From the NCBI GenBank assembly GCA_019114625.1, contig DXFD01000083.1, positions 1,845-65,844 on the forward strand: a stretch of DNA of 64,000 bases, in the 5' to 3' direction. The first letter of the stretch is position 1, and every line of letters begins with the position of its first letter. Both the position numbers and the translations under genes were made by a program. Under the pieces are notes generated by a model. The model did not search any database and had not been told where the DNA came from. It saw only the letters and a program-made list of their open reading frames with translations. Of this stretch, positions 17,849-26,556 are shown one piece after another. The stretch is from Candidatus Borkfalkia faecigallinarum (lineage in GTDB: Bacteria; Bacillota; Clostridia; Christensenellales; Borkfalkiaceae).

Positions 17849-17875
17849 TATGCGTAGTACTATGTGTGACAAAAT
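17849..17875 (+). repeat. Dispersed AGTACT-core motif, copy 5
   Basis: TATGCGTAGTACTATGTGTGACAAAAT between the two hydro-lyase subunit genes. Confidence 0.88.
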
Positions 17876-17898
17876 CGGCTTCAAATAAGGGGAACGGC

Positions 17899-18741
17899 TC
17901 AGATCTCCGCCTTTTCGCAGCGCATACAATGGCACTGGATGTTGACGGCGACGGGCAGCCCCGCGATGTGGGTGGGCAGGACCTCGCACAGGACGCCGAG
18001 GGCGGTCACCTTCCCGCCGAATCCCTGCGCGCCGATGCCCAGCGCGTTGATCTTTTCGAGCGCCTCCCGCTCGATCGCGGCGACGTCAGCCCGCGCGTTG
18101 CGGGAGCCGAGCTCGCGCGTGAGAGCCTTTTTGGCGAGAAAGGCGCAGGTGTCGAACGTCCCGCCGATGCCGACGCCGCAGACGACGGGCGGGCAGGGCT
18201 TGCTCCCGGCGAGGCGCACCGTCTCGACGATCGCGTCGACGATCCCCGCGACGCCTTGGGAGGGAGTCAGCATATACAGGCGGGACATATTCTCGCTCCC
18301 GAATCCCTTCGGCAGGAAGGTGAGGCGGATCTTGTCCCCGGGCACGATCTCCGTATGCAGCGCGGCGGGTGTGTTGTCCGCCGTATTGACGCGGGTGATC
18401 GGGTCGCACACGCTCTTGCGGAAGCGGAAGTCCGCGTACGCCCTCGCGACGGCGCGGTCGACGGCCTCGGCGAGCGGTTTCCCTTCGATCTGCACCTGCT
18501 GGCCGACCTCGGCGAGCACGACGGCATAGCCGGTATCCTGGCAGACGGCCATCCGCTCGCGCGCGGCGGTCTGCGCGTTGGCAAGCAGGGTATCCAGCGC
18601 AAAGCGGGCGGCGCTTCCCTCCGCTTCCTCGCGCGCGGCGCTCTGCATGGCGCGCGTGCAGGCGTCGGTCAAGTGCAGGCAGGCGCGCCCGCACAATTCG
18701 TAAAGTGTCTGTTCGATGGTATCGGTGTGGATCTTTCTCAT
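17899..18741 (-). CDS. Fe-S hydro-lyase (class I fumarate hydratase), alpha subunit
   Basis: CQDTG, KGFGSENMS, PCPP...GVGIGG and THIAGLPVAVNIQCH motifs. Confidence 0.94.
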   Translation of the reverse strand: MRKIHTDTIEQTLYELCGRACLHLTDACTRAMQSAAREEAEGSAARFALDTLLANAQTAARERMAVCQDTGYAVVLAEVGQQVQIEGKPLAEAVDRAVARAYADFRFRKSVCDPITRVNTADNTPAALHTEIVPGDKIRLTFLPKGFGSENMSRLYMLTPSQGVAGIVDAIVETVRLAGSKPCPPVVCGVGIGGTFDTCAFLAKKALTRELGSRNARADVAAIEREALEKINALGIGAQGFGGKVTALGVLCEVLPTHIAGLPVAVNIQCHCMRCEKAEI

Positions 18742-18849
18742 ATCATTCGCTCCGGGCGGCGCGGCCGTGCATGGCGGGGCGCCGCTGTGACCAGTATAGC
18801 AAAAATTTGACGAAATCGCAAAAAAATTTGCGGCGGGTGGAAAATTTTA

Positions 18850-18878
18850 TTTACTTCCGCTCCGTTTTTTTTTATAAT
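18850..18878 (+). promoter_or_regulatory. sigmaA-type promoter, probably giving a leaderless mRNA
   Basis: TTTACT-N17-TATAAT ending 7 nt before ATG 18886. Confidence 0.5.
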
Positions 18879-18885
18879 GAAAGGC

Positions 18886-19836
18886 ATGGAAAACAAAAAC
18901 ACGATGCCCTCCGCCGGCAGCGGCGGGCTTTTCGATCAGCCGCGCAAGGCGGCGAGCGGCTTCGTCTTTTCGGGGGCGGTGTTCGGGATGCTCGTGCTCT
19001 CGATCCTCCTCTCGGTCACGCTCGCGCTCATCTCGCAGACGAGCGGGACGCCCGTGAGCGAACTCACGCAGAGCGAGGCCTATCTCTATGTTGCGTACGT
19101 CCTTTACGACGTCGCCTATATCGCGGCGATCGCCTCCTTCCTTCTCGTCTGCAAGGAGAAGCCGCGCGCCCTCGGCTTCCGCCTGCCCAAGGCGCGGTAT
19201 TGGCCGGCGGCCGTGCTGCTCGCGTTCGGTCTGCTCTTCTCGCTGAATTTCGTCAATGGCTGGTTCATCGATCTTTTGGGAATATTCGGGTACGAGGCGA
19301 GTTCTTCCGCTCTCCCTTCGGTGGAGGGCGCCGGTCTGTTCGGCGTATTGTTCGCGGTCGCCGTCCTGCCCGCCTTTTTCGAGGAGACGCTGCTGCGCGG
19401 CGTCGTCTTGGAGGGGATCAAGGATGTCGGCACCGTCGCGGCGTGCCTGCTGGGCGGGCTGCTGTTCAGCCTCTTCCACATGAGCCCGGTGCAGACGGTC
19501 TATCAGTTTGTCTGCGGCTGCGCCTTCACGCTGCTCGCCATCCGCGCGCAGTCGGTGTTCCCGACCATGCTCGCGCATTTTCTGAACAACGCGGTCATCG
19601 TCCTCGATCTGCGCTTCGGGTTTTTGGCGGGCGTCACGGGCGGCGCCGCCGCCGCGCTCTATGCCGTCTCGGGCGTCTGTCTCGTCGCCGTGCTCGTCTG
19701 GCTCATCTTCTTCGACCGCGGCACGAACCGCCGGAAGGAGGGGCCGCTCCGTTCCTTCCTGCTGCCGGCGTCCGTCGGCATCGGGATGTGCGCGATCATG
19801 TGGATCGTCAACTTTGCGGCGGGGATAGGGGGCTGA
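18886..19836 (+). CDS. CPBP (CAAX/Abi) family intramembrane metalloprotease
   Basis: EETLLRG, FSLFH and AHFLNN motifs; multiple TM segments. Confidence 0.9.
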   Translation: MENKNTMPSAGSGGLFDQPRKAASGFVFSGAVFGMLVLSILLSVTLALISQTSGTPVSELTQSEAYLYVAYVLYDVAYIAAIASFLLVCKEKPRALGFRLPKARYWPAAVLLAFGLLFSLNFVNGWFIDLLGIFGYEASSSALPSVEGAGLFGVLFAVAVLPAFFEETLLRGVVLEGIKDVGTVAACLLGGLLFSLFHMSPVQTVYQFVCGCAFTLLAIRAQSVFPTMLAHFLNNAVIVLDLRFGFLAGVTGGAAAALYAVSGVCLVAVLVWLIFFDRGTNRRKEGPLRSFLLPASVGIGMCAIMWIVNFAAGIGG

Positions 19837-19839
19837 GCG

Positions 19840-20277
19840 ATGCAGAAGGTCAACATCGTCTGCATCGGAAAGCTGAAAGAAAAGTTTTTCGCGGAGGCGG
19901 TCGCCGAATATTGCAAGCGGCTGACCCGCTTTGCGTCCGTGCAGATCGTCGAGCTGCCCGAGCGGCGCACCCTCGCCGAGGAAGCGGTCGCCGTCCTGCG
20001 CGAGATGCGCGGCGCCTGCTTTGTGCTCGCGGTCGAGGGGAAAAAGATGTCCAGCGAACAGCTGGCGGCGGCCGTCCGCGCGCAGTGCGACGCGGGCAGG
20101 GAGATGACTTTCGTCATTGGTTCCTCCTGCGGGCTGGACGATTCGGTCAAAAAGCGGGCGGACGTGCTGCTCTCTTTTTCGGACATGACTTTCCCGCACC
20201 AGCTCATGCGCGTCATCCTCTGTGAGCAGCTGTACCGCGCGTTCATGATCAACGCGGGCAGCGCGTATCACAAGTGA
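19840..20277 (+). CDS. rlmH: 23S rRNA m3Psi1915 methyltransferase RlmH
   Basis: CIGKLKE, FVIGSS.G and MTFPHQLMRVIL.EQLYRAF.I.....YHK motifs. Confidence 0.96.
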   Translation: MQKVNIVCIGKLKEKFFAEAVAEYCKRLTRFASVQIVELPERRTLAEEAVAVLREMRGACFVLAVEGKKMSSEQLAAAVRAQCDAGREMTFVIGSSCGLDDSVKKRADVLLSFSDMTFPHQLMRVILCEQLYRAFMINAGSAYHK

Positions 20278-20391
20278 GCGCGCGATGTCGGAGAGGAAGC
20301 GCCGCCGCAGGGGCGAGCGTTCTTCGAGGAAGCGCCGCCGCGCGGCGATAAGCCCCGCGCATAACCGTACGCGCGGAGAGGGATACTGAGT

Positions 20392-20877
20392 ATGCAAGAG
20401 AAGGAACGCTTTATGCGCGCGGCGCTCGCGCGCGCCAGAAAGGGGCTCGCACAGGGCGAAGTGCCGGTGGGGGCGGTCGTCGTCTGCGACGGAAAGATCG
20501 TCGGCTCCGGTTACAACCGCCGCACGCGCACGCAGATGGCGAGCTCGCACGCGGAGATGTACGCCATCGACCGCGCCTGCCGCAAATTGAAGAGCTGGCG
20601 TCTGCCCGCGTGCGACCTGTATGTGACGCTCGAGCCATGCCCGATGTGCATGGGCGCGGCACTCAACGCCCGCATCCGCAAGATCTATTTCGGCGCGTAC
20701 GAGCAGAAGGGGCGCTCGATGACGCGCGAGCTGGCGGAAAGCAACCTGCTCAACCACACGCTGGAAGTGGAGGGCGGCGTGCTCGGGGAGGAGTGTTCCG
20801 CCCTGCTGTCCGGTTTTTTTCGCGCCATGCGCGCGCGTGCAAAGGAGGTGCCCGCTCCGCCGCAGGAAGGGCAATAG
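20392..20877 (+). CDS. tadA: tRNA adenosine deaminase TadA
   Basis: GEVPVGAVVV, HAE, WRL and TLEPCPMC motifs. Confidence 0.92.
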   Translation: MQEKERFMRAALARARKGLAQGEVPVGAVVVCDGKIVGSGYNRRTRTQMASSHAEMYAIDRACRKLKSWRLPACDLYVTLEPCPMCMGAALNARIRKIYFGAYEQKGRSMTRELAESNLLNHTLEVEGGVLGEECSALLSGFFRAMRARAKEVPAPPQEGQ

Positions 20878-20946
20878 GCGCTTTTTCTTCCTTTTCCGGA
20901 GGCAAATTTCTTTTTTGGCAAAAGGCGGGAATGTGCCGCAAAACGT

Positions 20947-20975
20947 TTGACTATTGCGGGCAAAATCCGTACAAT
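20947..20975 (+). promoter_or_regulatory. sigmaA promoter of prs-pth-mfd with a long GC-rich leader
   Basis: TTGACT-N17-TACAAT about 190 nt upstream of the prs ATG. Confidence 0.65.
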
Positions 20976-21168
20976 AGTAGCGACCGTCGGCGTGCGGGGA
21001 AAACCGCCGCGCCGTCCGTGTTTTCTGCAAGCGCGCGGCAAATGCGCGCAAGGGGGTGTGCGGGATCTTTTCCCGCCCGGCCGCCGGGGGTGTTCCGGGC
21101 CGGCCGGCTTTCGTTCGGGCTTACGCCGCGGGAAATCGCGGCTGCATAGATTTGTATCGGAGGTACAC

Positions 21169-22122
21169 ATGATAACGCACGGCAACGAGATCAAGATCTT
21201 CGCGGGCAATTCCAACCGTCCTTTGGCGGAAGCGATCGCGAAAAAGCTCAACACGGAGCTGGGCAGCGTGGAAGTCGGCTGCTTTTCGGACGGCGAGACG
21301 GCCGTCCACATCGACGAGACCGTCCGCGGCAGGGACCTGTTCATCATCCAGTCCACGTCCGCACCCGTCAACGACAACCTGATGGAGCTGCTCATCATGA
21401 TCGACGCGGCGCGGCGCGCCAGCGCGGGCCGCATCACGGCGGTCATCCCGTATTTCGGCTACGCCCGCCAGGACCGCAAGGCTCGCTCGCGCGACCCCAT
21501 CACGGCAAAACTCGTCGCCGACCTGATCACCGCCGCAGGCGCGGACCGCGTCCTGACGATGGACCTGCACGCGGCGCAGATCCAGGGCTTTTTCAATATC
21601 CCGCTCGATCATCTGCTCGGCGGCCCGACCATTTACAATTATTTCAGGAATAAGAAGATCATCGACGAAAACTTCGTCGTCGTCTCGCCCGATATCGGCT
21701 CCGTCACCCGCGCGCGCAACGTCGCCATGAAGCTCAACTGCCAGATGGCGATCATCGACAAGCGCCGCCCGAAGGCGAACGTGATGGAGGTCATGAACAT
21801 CATCGGCGACATCGAGGGAAAGAAGTGCCTGATGGTGGACGACATGATCGACACCGCCGGCACCATCTGCCAGGGCGCCGTCGCGCTCATGGAGCACGGC
21901 GCGAAGGAAGTCTATGCTGGCTGCACGCACGCCGTGTTCAGCGGCCCCGCCATCGAGCGCCTGGAAAAGGCGCCCATCAAGGAGCTCGCCGTTCTCGACA
22001 CCATCGCGCTGCCGCCCGAAAAGAAGCTGGACAAGATCAGCGTCATCTCCGTCGCGGATATCTTCGCCGCGGCGATCGAAAACGTGTATCTCGACAAACC
22101 GATGTCGAAGATCTACGACTGA
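21169..22122 (+). CDS. prs: Ribose-phosphate pyrophosphokinase
   Basis: [27 protein letters not shown] and [10 protein letters not shown] motifs; GGAGGT RBS. Confidence 0.97.
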   Translation: MITHGNEIKIFAGNSNRPLAEAIAKKLNTELGSVEVGCFSDGETAVHIDETVRGRDLFIIQSTSAPVNDNLMELLIMIDAARRASAGRITAVIPYFGYARQDRKARSRDPITAKLVADLITAAGADRVLTMDLHAAQIQGFFNIPLDHLLGGPTIYNYFRNKKIIDENFVVVSPDIGSVTRARNVAMKLNCQMAIIDKRRPKANVMEVMNIIGDIEGKKCLMVDDMIDTAGTICQGAVALMEHGAKEVYAGCTHAVFSGPAIERLEKAPIKELAVLDTIALPPEKKLDKISVISVADIFAAAIENVYLDKPMSKIYD

Positions 22123-22389
22123 TCTTTCGCCCCGCGTCCCGCCGCGCGGCGGGGAGCCCGCCTCCGTACCTTCGGGGCGGGGCAGGGGATTTTGCCCGTC
22201 GCCGCACATTCGGTACGCGGCAGGGGTCGCCCGTCGCCGCACCTTCGGTGCGCGAGTGCGGGCTGGGAACTTTATACAAGGCCGCGCCTTCGGCGCGGAC
22301 AAACAAAAATACCGCTTACTGCCGCGCTTCCCGGGAGCGCGGCGTTCGCGCGTTCGAAGAGGGGGTCCGCCCCCGAGGCAGGTGCGCCA

Positions 22390-22956
22390 ATGTTTCTCAT
22401 CGTCGGATTGGGCAATCCGGAAAAAAAGTATGAAAAGACCTTTCACAACATGGGCTTTCTCGCCGTCGGCGAGGCGGCGGCGAAGCTGGGGGTGAAATTC
22501 AAGAAGAAGGAATGCGAGGCGTCCGTCGCCGAGGCGTTCATCGGCGGCGAAAAGGTCATCCTCGCCCGTCCGGTCACCTATATGAACGCGAGCGGCAGGG
22601 CGGTCAAGCAGCTGATGGCAAAGTACAAAGTTTCTCCTTCCGAGCTGCTCGTCATCTACGACGACTTCGACCTCCCCAAAGGCAAGCTCCGCATCCGCGC
22701 GTCGGGCAGCGCCGGCACCCACAACGGGATGCGCAGCATCATCGGCGAGATCGGCTCGTCCGAGTTCCCGCGCATCCGCATCGGCATCCACGACCCGGAC
22801 GTCAACATCCCCATCATCCACTACGTCCTCGCCGATATCCGCCCGGAGGATTACACCCTCTTTGCGGACGCCTGTTCGGCGGCGGCGGACGCGGCGATCG
22901 CCTTCGCCCGCGGCGAAGGGATCGAGAACGTGATGAACGCATACAATAAGAACTGA
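22390..22956 (+). CDS. pth: Peptidyl-tRNA hydrolase
   Basis: LIVGLGNP, TYMNASG and GSAGTHNGMRS motifs. Confidence 0.96.
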   Translation: MFLIVGLGNPEKKYEKTFHNMGFLAVGEAAAKLGVKFKKKECEASVAEAFIGGEKVILARPVTYMNASGRAVKQLMAKYKVSPSELLVIYDDFDLPKGKLRIRASGSAGTHNGMRSIIGEIGSSEFPRIRIGIHDPDVNIPIIHYVLADIRPEDYTLFADACSAAADAAIAFARGEGIENVMNAYNKN

Positions 22957-23004
22957 CCGCAAGGCCAAAACTTCGCGCGGCGCGCCGCGCGGGAGACGAT
23001 CGCC

Positions 23005-26000
23005 ATGCCCCGTAACTTTTTTCATGCGCAGGATCTGGGCGGGGAATATCTCGACCTGGAACAGGACTTCCGCCTCGGCACGCCGACGGCGGTTTTCGGC
23101 GTTTCCGCGCCCCACAAGGCGCTGATCGCGGCGGCGTGCGCGCCCGGCCGCATCGTGTATGTGGCGGACAACGCGCAGTCCGCGGCAAAGGCGGCGGAGG
23201 AGATCGCGGGGTTTTCCGGCGAAGAACCGGCGCTGCTGTGCGCGAAGGACGAAGTCTTATTATATAAGGAAGCGGTCTCGCGCGACGCGCTCTTCCGCCG
23301 CCTGCACGCGCTGTACCGCGTGCAGCGGGGCGCGCGCATCACCGTGTGCGACGTCGAGAGCCTCCTGCAGCTCTTTCCCCGCACCGTCCGCTCGCTCACG
23401 TTGCGGGAGGGGGAAGAAGTCGACTTCGATTCCCTGCCCGCGCAGCTGGTCGCGCTCGGCTATGTGCGCGCCGCGTCCGTGGACGGGAAGGGCAACTTCG
23501 CCCTGCGCGGCGACATCCTCGACATCTTCCCGATCAACGAGGAGAACCCCGTGCGCGTCGACTTTTTCGGCGACACGGTGGAAAAGATCAAACCCTATCA
23601 TTTTGTGACGGGCGAACGGCTGGAGATGCGCCCGTCGCTGGACATCGTCGCGGCGACGGACGTCGTCGTCCTTCCCGAAGAGGTGCCGCACCTCAAGGAC
23701 GCGCTGTTCGGGGAGCTTTCCTCCTTCCGCGAGACGGCCTCCTACGAGCGCGCGCAGTCCATCGCGGGGGACGTCGCGGCGAAGCTGGAGGGGGGCGCAC
23801 CGTTTGCGGGGGCGTCCTACCTGTTCCCGCTGCTGCGATGCGCTTCCGATTTCCGCGCCTTTTTCGGCGACGCGCTCTTCCTGTTCGACGAGTGCAAGCT
23901 CATCCGCGACCGCGTCGACGTATTGTACAAGGAACACGAGGAGCGCTTTGCCTCGCTGCACCGCGGGGGCGAAGTATTCTCCTTCTGTCGCGACCAGCTC
24001 CTCAGCCGCGAGGAGTTCTTCGCCCTGCTCCGCGGCGTCCGCGCCGCCGCCCTGCAGACATTTGCCTCGAGCACCTACTTCTTTCAGCCGGTGAAGGTGT
24101 ACAACCTGCACGCGTCGCCGCTCGGCCGCTATCTCAACCGCATGGAGGCGCTTGTGGCGGACGTGAAGCGCTGGCGGGCGGACGGGTACCGCGTCATGAT
24201 CTGGTGCGGCACGAAGGCGCGCGCCGACAAACTGCGCGACCTTTTGTACGACGAGGGGGTCTCGACCGTCACCTGTCCGCCCGCGCTCGAGCGGCTCCGC
24301 GGCAAGCTCGTGACGGTGCTCACCGAGGAGCTGGAACACGGCATCGTGCTGCACGAGCAGAAGCTCGCCGTCATCGGCACGGGCGACGTCTACGCCAAGC
24401 CCGTGGCGAAGAAGCGCATCCGCCGCCGCCGCAACGACATGTTCACTTCCCCCGAGGTGGGCGACTATGCCGTCCATGAAACGCACGGCATCGGCCGCAT
24501 CACGGGCACGAAGAAGATCGAGACGACGGACGGCACCAAGGAATACATCGCCCTCGAATATCGCGGCGGCGACGTACTGTACGTCCCCGTCGAACAGATG
24601 GATATCCTCTCCCGCTACATGGGGGAGGACGCGCCCGCCCTCTCCAAGATCGGCGGGGCTGAGTTCGAGCGGGTCAAGCAGCGGGTCAAGGCTTCCCTGA
24701 AAAAGATGGCGTTCGACTTAAAGCAGCTGTACGCCGAGCGGGCGCAGAAAAACGGCTACGCCTTCCGCCCCTGCGAGGAGGCGATGGCGGAGTTCGAGTC
24801 CGCCTTTGAATACGAGGAGACGCCCGACCAGCTCTCGTCCGTCGCCGAGATCAAGGCGGATATGTGTTCGAACAAGGTGATGGACCGCCTGCTCTGCGGC
24901 GACGTGGGCTACGGCAAGACGGAGGTCGCCTTCCGCGCGGCGTATCTGTGCGTCCTCAACGGCAAGCAGGCGGCGCTCATGTGCCCCAACACCGTGCTCT
25001 GCCAGCAGCACTACGAGACGGCGCTCAAACGCTTTGCCGACTTCGGCGTCAATATCGAAGTTTTGAACCGCTTCAAGAGCCCGCGCGAGCAGGACGCGAT
25101 CCTCGCCCGCCTCGCGGCCGGCAGGATCGACCTGATCATCGGCACCCACCGCCTTCTCTCCGCCGACGTCCGCTTCAAGGACCTCGGGCTGCTCATCCTG
25201 GACGAGGAACAGCGCTTCGGCGTCGAGCACAAGGAGAAGATCAAAAACATGAAGCGGGACGTCGACTGCCTCACCATGACGGCGACGCCCATCCCGCGCA
25301 CCCTGCATATGTCGCTGACGGGCATCCGCGACATCAGCACCATCGACACGCCCCCGTCCAACCGCCTGCCCGTGCAGACGTATGTGGTGGAGGAGACGGA
25401 ATCGCTCATCCGCGACGCCTGCGTGCGCGAGTTGGCGCGCGGCGGACAGGTGTTCGTGCTGTACAACCGCGTCGAGAGCATCGACTCCTTCGCCGTCAAA
25501 CTCAAACAGATCGTGCCGGAGGGCAGGCTTTGCGTCGCGCACGGCCAGATGGAGAAGTCGGTGCTGGAAAACAATATCCTCGGCTTCTACCGCGGCGAGA
25601 GCGACATCCTCGTCTCGACGACCATCATCGAGAACGGCATCGACCTTCCGCGCGCCAATACCCTCGTCGTCATCGACGCCGACCGCCTCGGCATCTCGCA
25701 GCTGTACCAGCTGCGCGGGCGGGTCGGGCGCGGCTCGGTGCTCGCGCACGCCTACTTCACGTTCAAGGCGGAAAAGGTGATGACGGAGGCGGCGAGCAAG
25801 CGCCTGCAGGCGATCATGGAATTTACGGAGCTCGGCTCCGGCTTCAAGATCGCCATGCGCGACATGGAGATCCGCGGCGCGGGCAGCGTGCTCGGCCGCG
25901 AGCAGCACGGGCATATGGGCAAAGTCGGCTACGAGCTGTACGCCAAGCTGCTCAAAGAGGAGATGACGGGCGAGGAGCAGACGGTCGCCGAGCTGGACAT

Positions 26001-26433
26001 CAAGGCGGACGCCTTCATCCCCGAAACGTACATCGAGGCGAGCGCCTCGCGGCTGGACTGCTACAAGCAGATCGCCGAGATCCGCACGCTGAGCGACTAC
26101 AAGCGCGTCCGCCTTTCGATGGAGGAGAATTACGGCAAGATGCCGCAGGAGGTGCGCAATCTCCTCATCATCGCCGTGCTCAAGGCGTATGCGGCCAAGT
26201 TCAATATCCGCAAGCTGTCCGTCAGCGCGAAGGGCGGCAGGGTCGAGCTTCCCTCCGTCAACAGCCTGGCGGATCCCCGCCTCGCGGCCGCGCTCGACCG
26301 CTTCGGCGCGGGCGTGCGGCTGGAAATGTCCCGTTCGCCCGCCATCGAATTTGCGGGCGGGAAGGACGCGCGTTCCGTCATGCTGGCGATGACCGATTTC
26401 CTGAAATTTGCGGAAAACCCGGGCGCGGCATGA
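23005..26433 (+). CDS. mfd: Transcription-repair coupling factor
   Basis: RGDILDIFP, CarD-like domain, GDVGYGKTEVA, DEEQRFG, TATPIPRT and QLRGRVGR motifs. Confidence 0.97.
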   Translation: MPRNFFHAQDLGGEYLDLEQDFRLGTPTAVFGVSAPHKALIAAACAPGRIVYVADNAQSAAKAAEEIAGFSGEEPALLCAKDEVLLYKEAVSRDALFRRLHALYRVQRGARITVCDVESLLQLFPRTVRSLTLREGEEVDFDSLPAQLVALGYVRAASVDGKGNFALRGDILDIFPINEENPVRVDFFGDTVEKIKPYHFVTGERLEMRPSLDIVAATDVVVLPEEVPHLKDALFGELSSFRETASYERAQSIAGDVAAKLEGGAPFAGASYLFPLLRCASDFRAFFGDALFLFDECKLIRDRVDVLYKEHEERFASLHRGGEVFSFCRDQLLSREEFFALLRGVRAAALQTFASSTYFFQPVKVYNLHASPLGRYLNRMEALVADVKRWRADGYRVMIWCGTKARADKLRDLLYDEGVSTVTCPPALERLRGKLVTVLTEELEHGIVLHEQKLAVIGTGDVYAKPVAKKRIRRRRNDMFTSPEVGDYAVHETHGIGRITGTKKIETTDGTKEYIALEYRGGDVLYVPVEQMDILSRYMGEDAPALSKIGGAEFERVKQRVKASLKKMAFDLKQLYAERAQKNGYAFRPCEEAMAEFESAFEYEETPDQLSSVAEIKADMCSNKVMDRLLCGDVGYGKTEVAFRAAYLCVLNGKQAALMCPNTVLCQQHYETALKRFADFGVNIEVLNRFKSPREQDAILARLAAGRIDLIIGTHRLLSADVRFKDLGLLILDEEQRFGVEHKEKIKNMKRDVDCLTMTATPIPRTLHMSLTGIRDISTIDTPPSNRLPVQTYVVEETESLIRDACVRELARGGQVFVLYNRVESIDSFAVKLKQIVPEGRLCVAHGQMEKSVLENNILGFYRGESDILVSTTIIENGIDLPRANTLVVIDADRLGISQLYQLRGRVGRGSVLAHAYFTFKAEKVMTEAASKRLQAIMEFTELGSGFKIAMRDMEIRGAGSVLGREQHGHMGKVGYELYAKLLKEEMTGEEQTVAELDIKADAFIPETYIEASASRLDCYKQIAEIRTLSDYKRVRLSMEENYGKMPQEVRNLLIIAVLKAYAAKFNIRKLSVSAKGGRVELPSVNSLADPRLAAALDRFGAGVRLEMSRSPAIEFAGGKDARSVMLAMTDFLKFAENPGAA

Positions 26434-26481
26434 CCGTGCGGCAAATTTTCAAGATTTTAACGTGTTTTTCATAAAAAGCGA

Positions 26482-26510
26482 TTGCTTTTCTAACGGAAAT
26501 AAGGTATAAT
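26482..26510 (+). promoter_or_regulatory. sigmaA-type promoter
   Basis: TTGCTT-N17-TATAAT. Confidence 0.6.
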
Positions 26511-26556
26511 ACAGTATATTGCGATTCTAAACAAGGAACTCCAAACAGATTCGATT

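Noticed and set aside
20982-21168. Long GC-rich prs leader as a riboswitch
   Set aside because: Hairpins are present but expected at this GC content; no aptamer motif or U-tailed terminator recognised.
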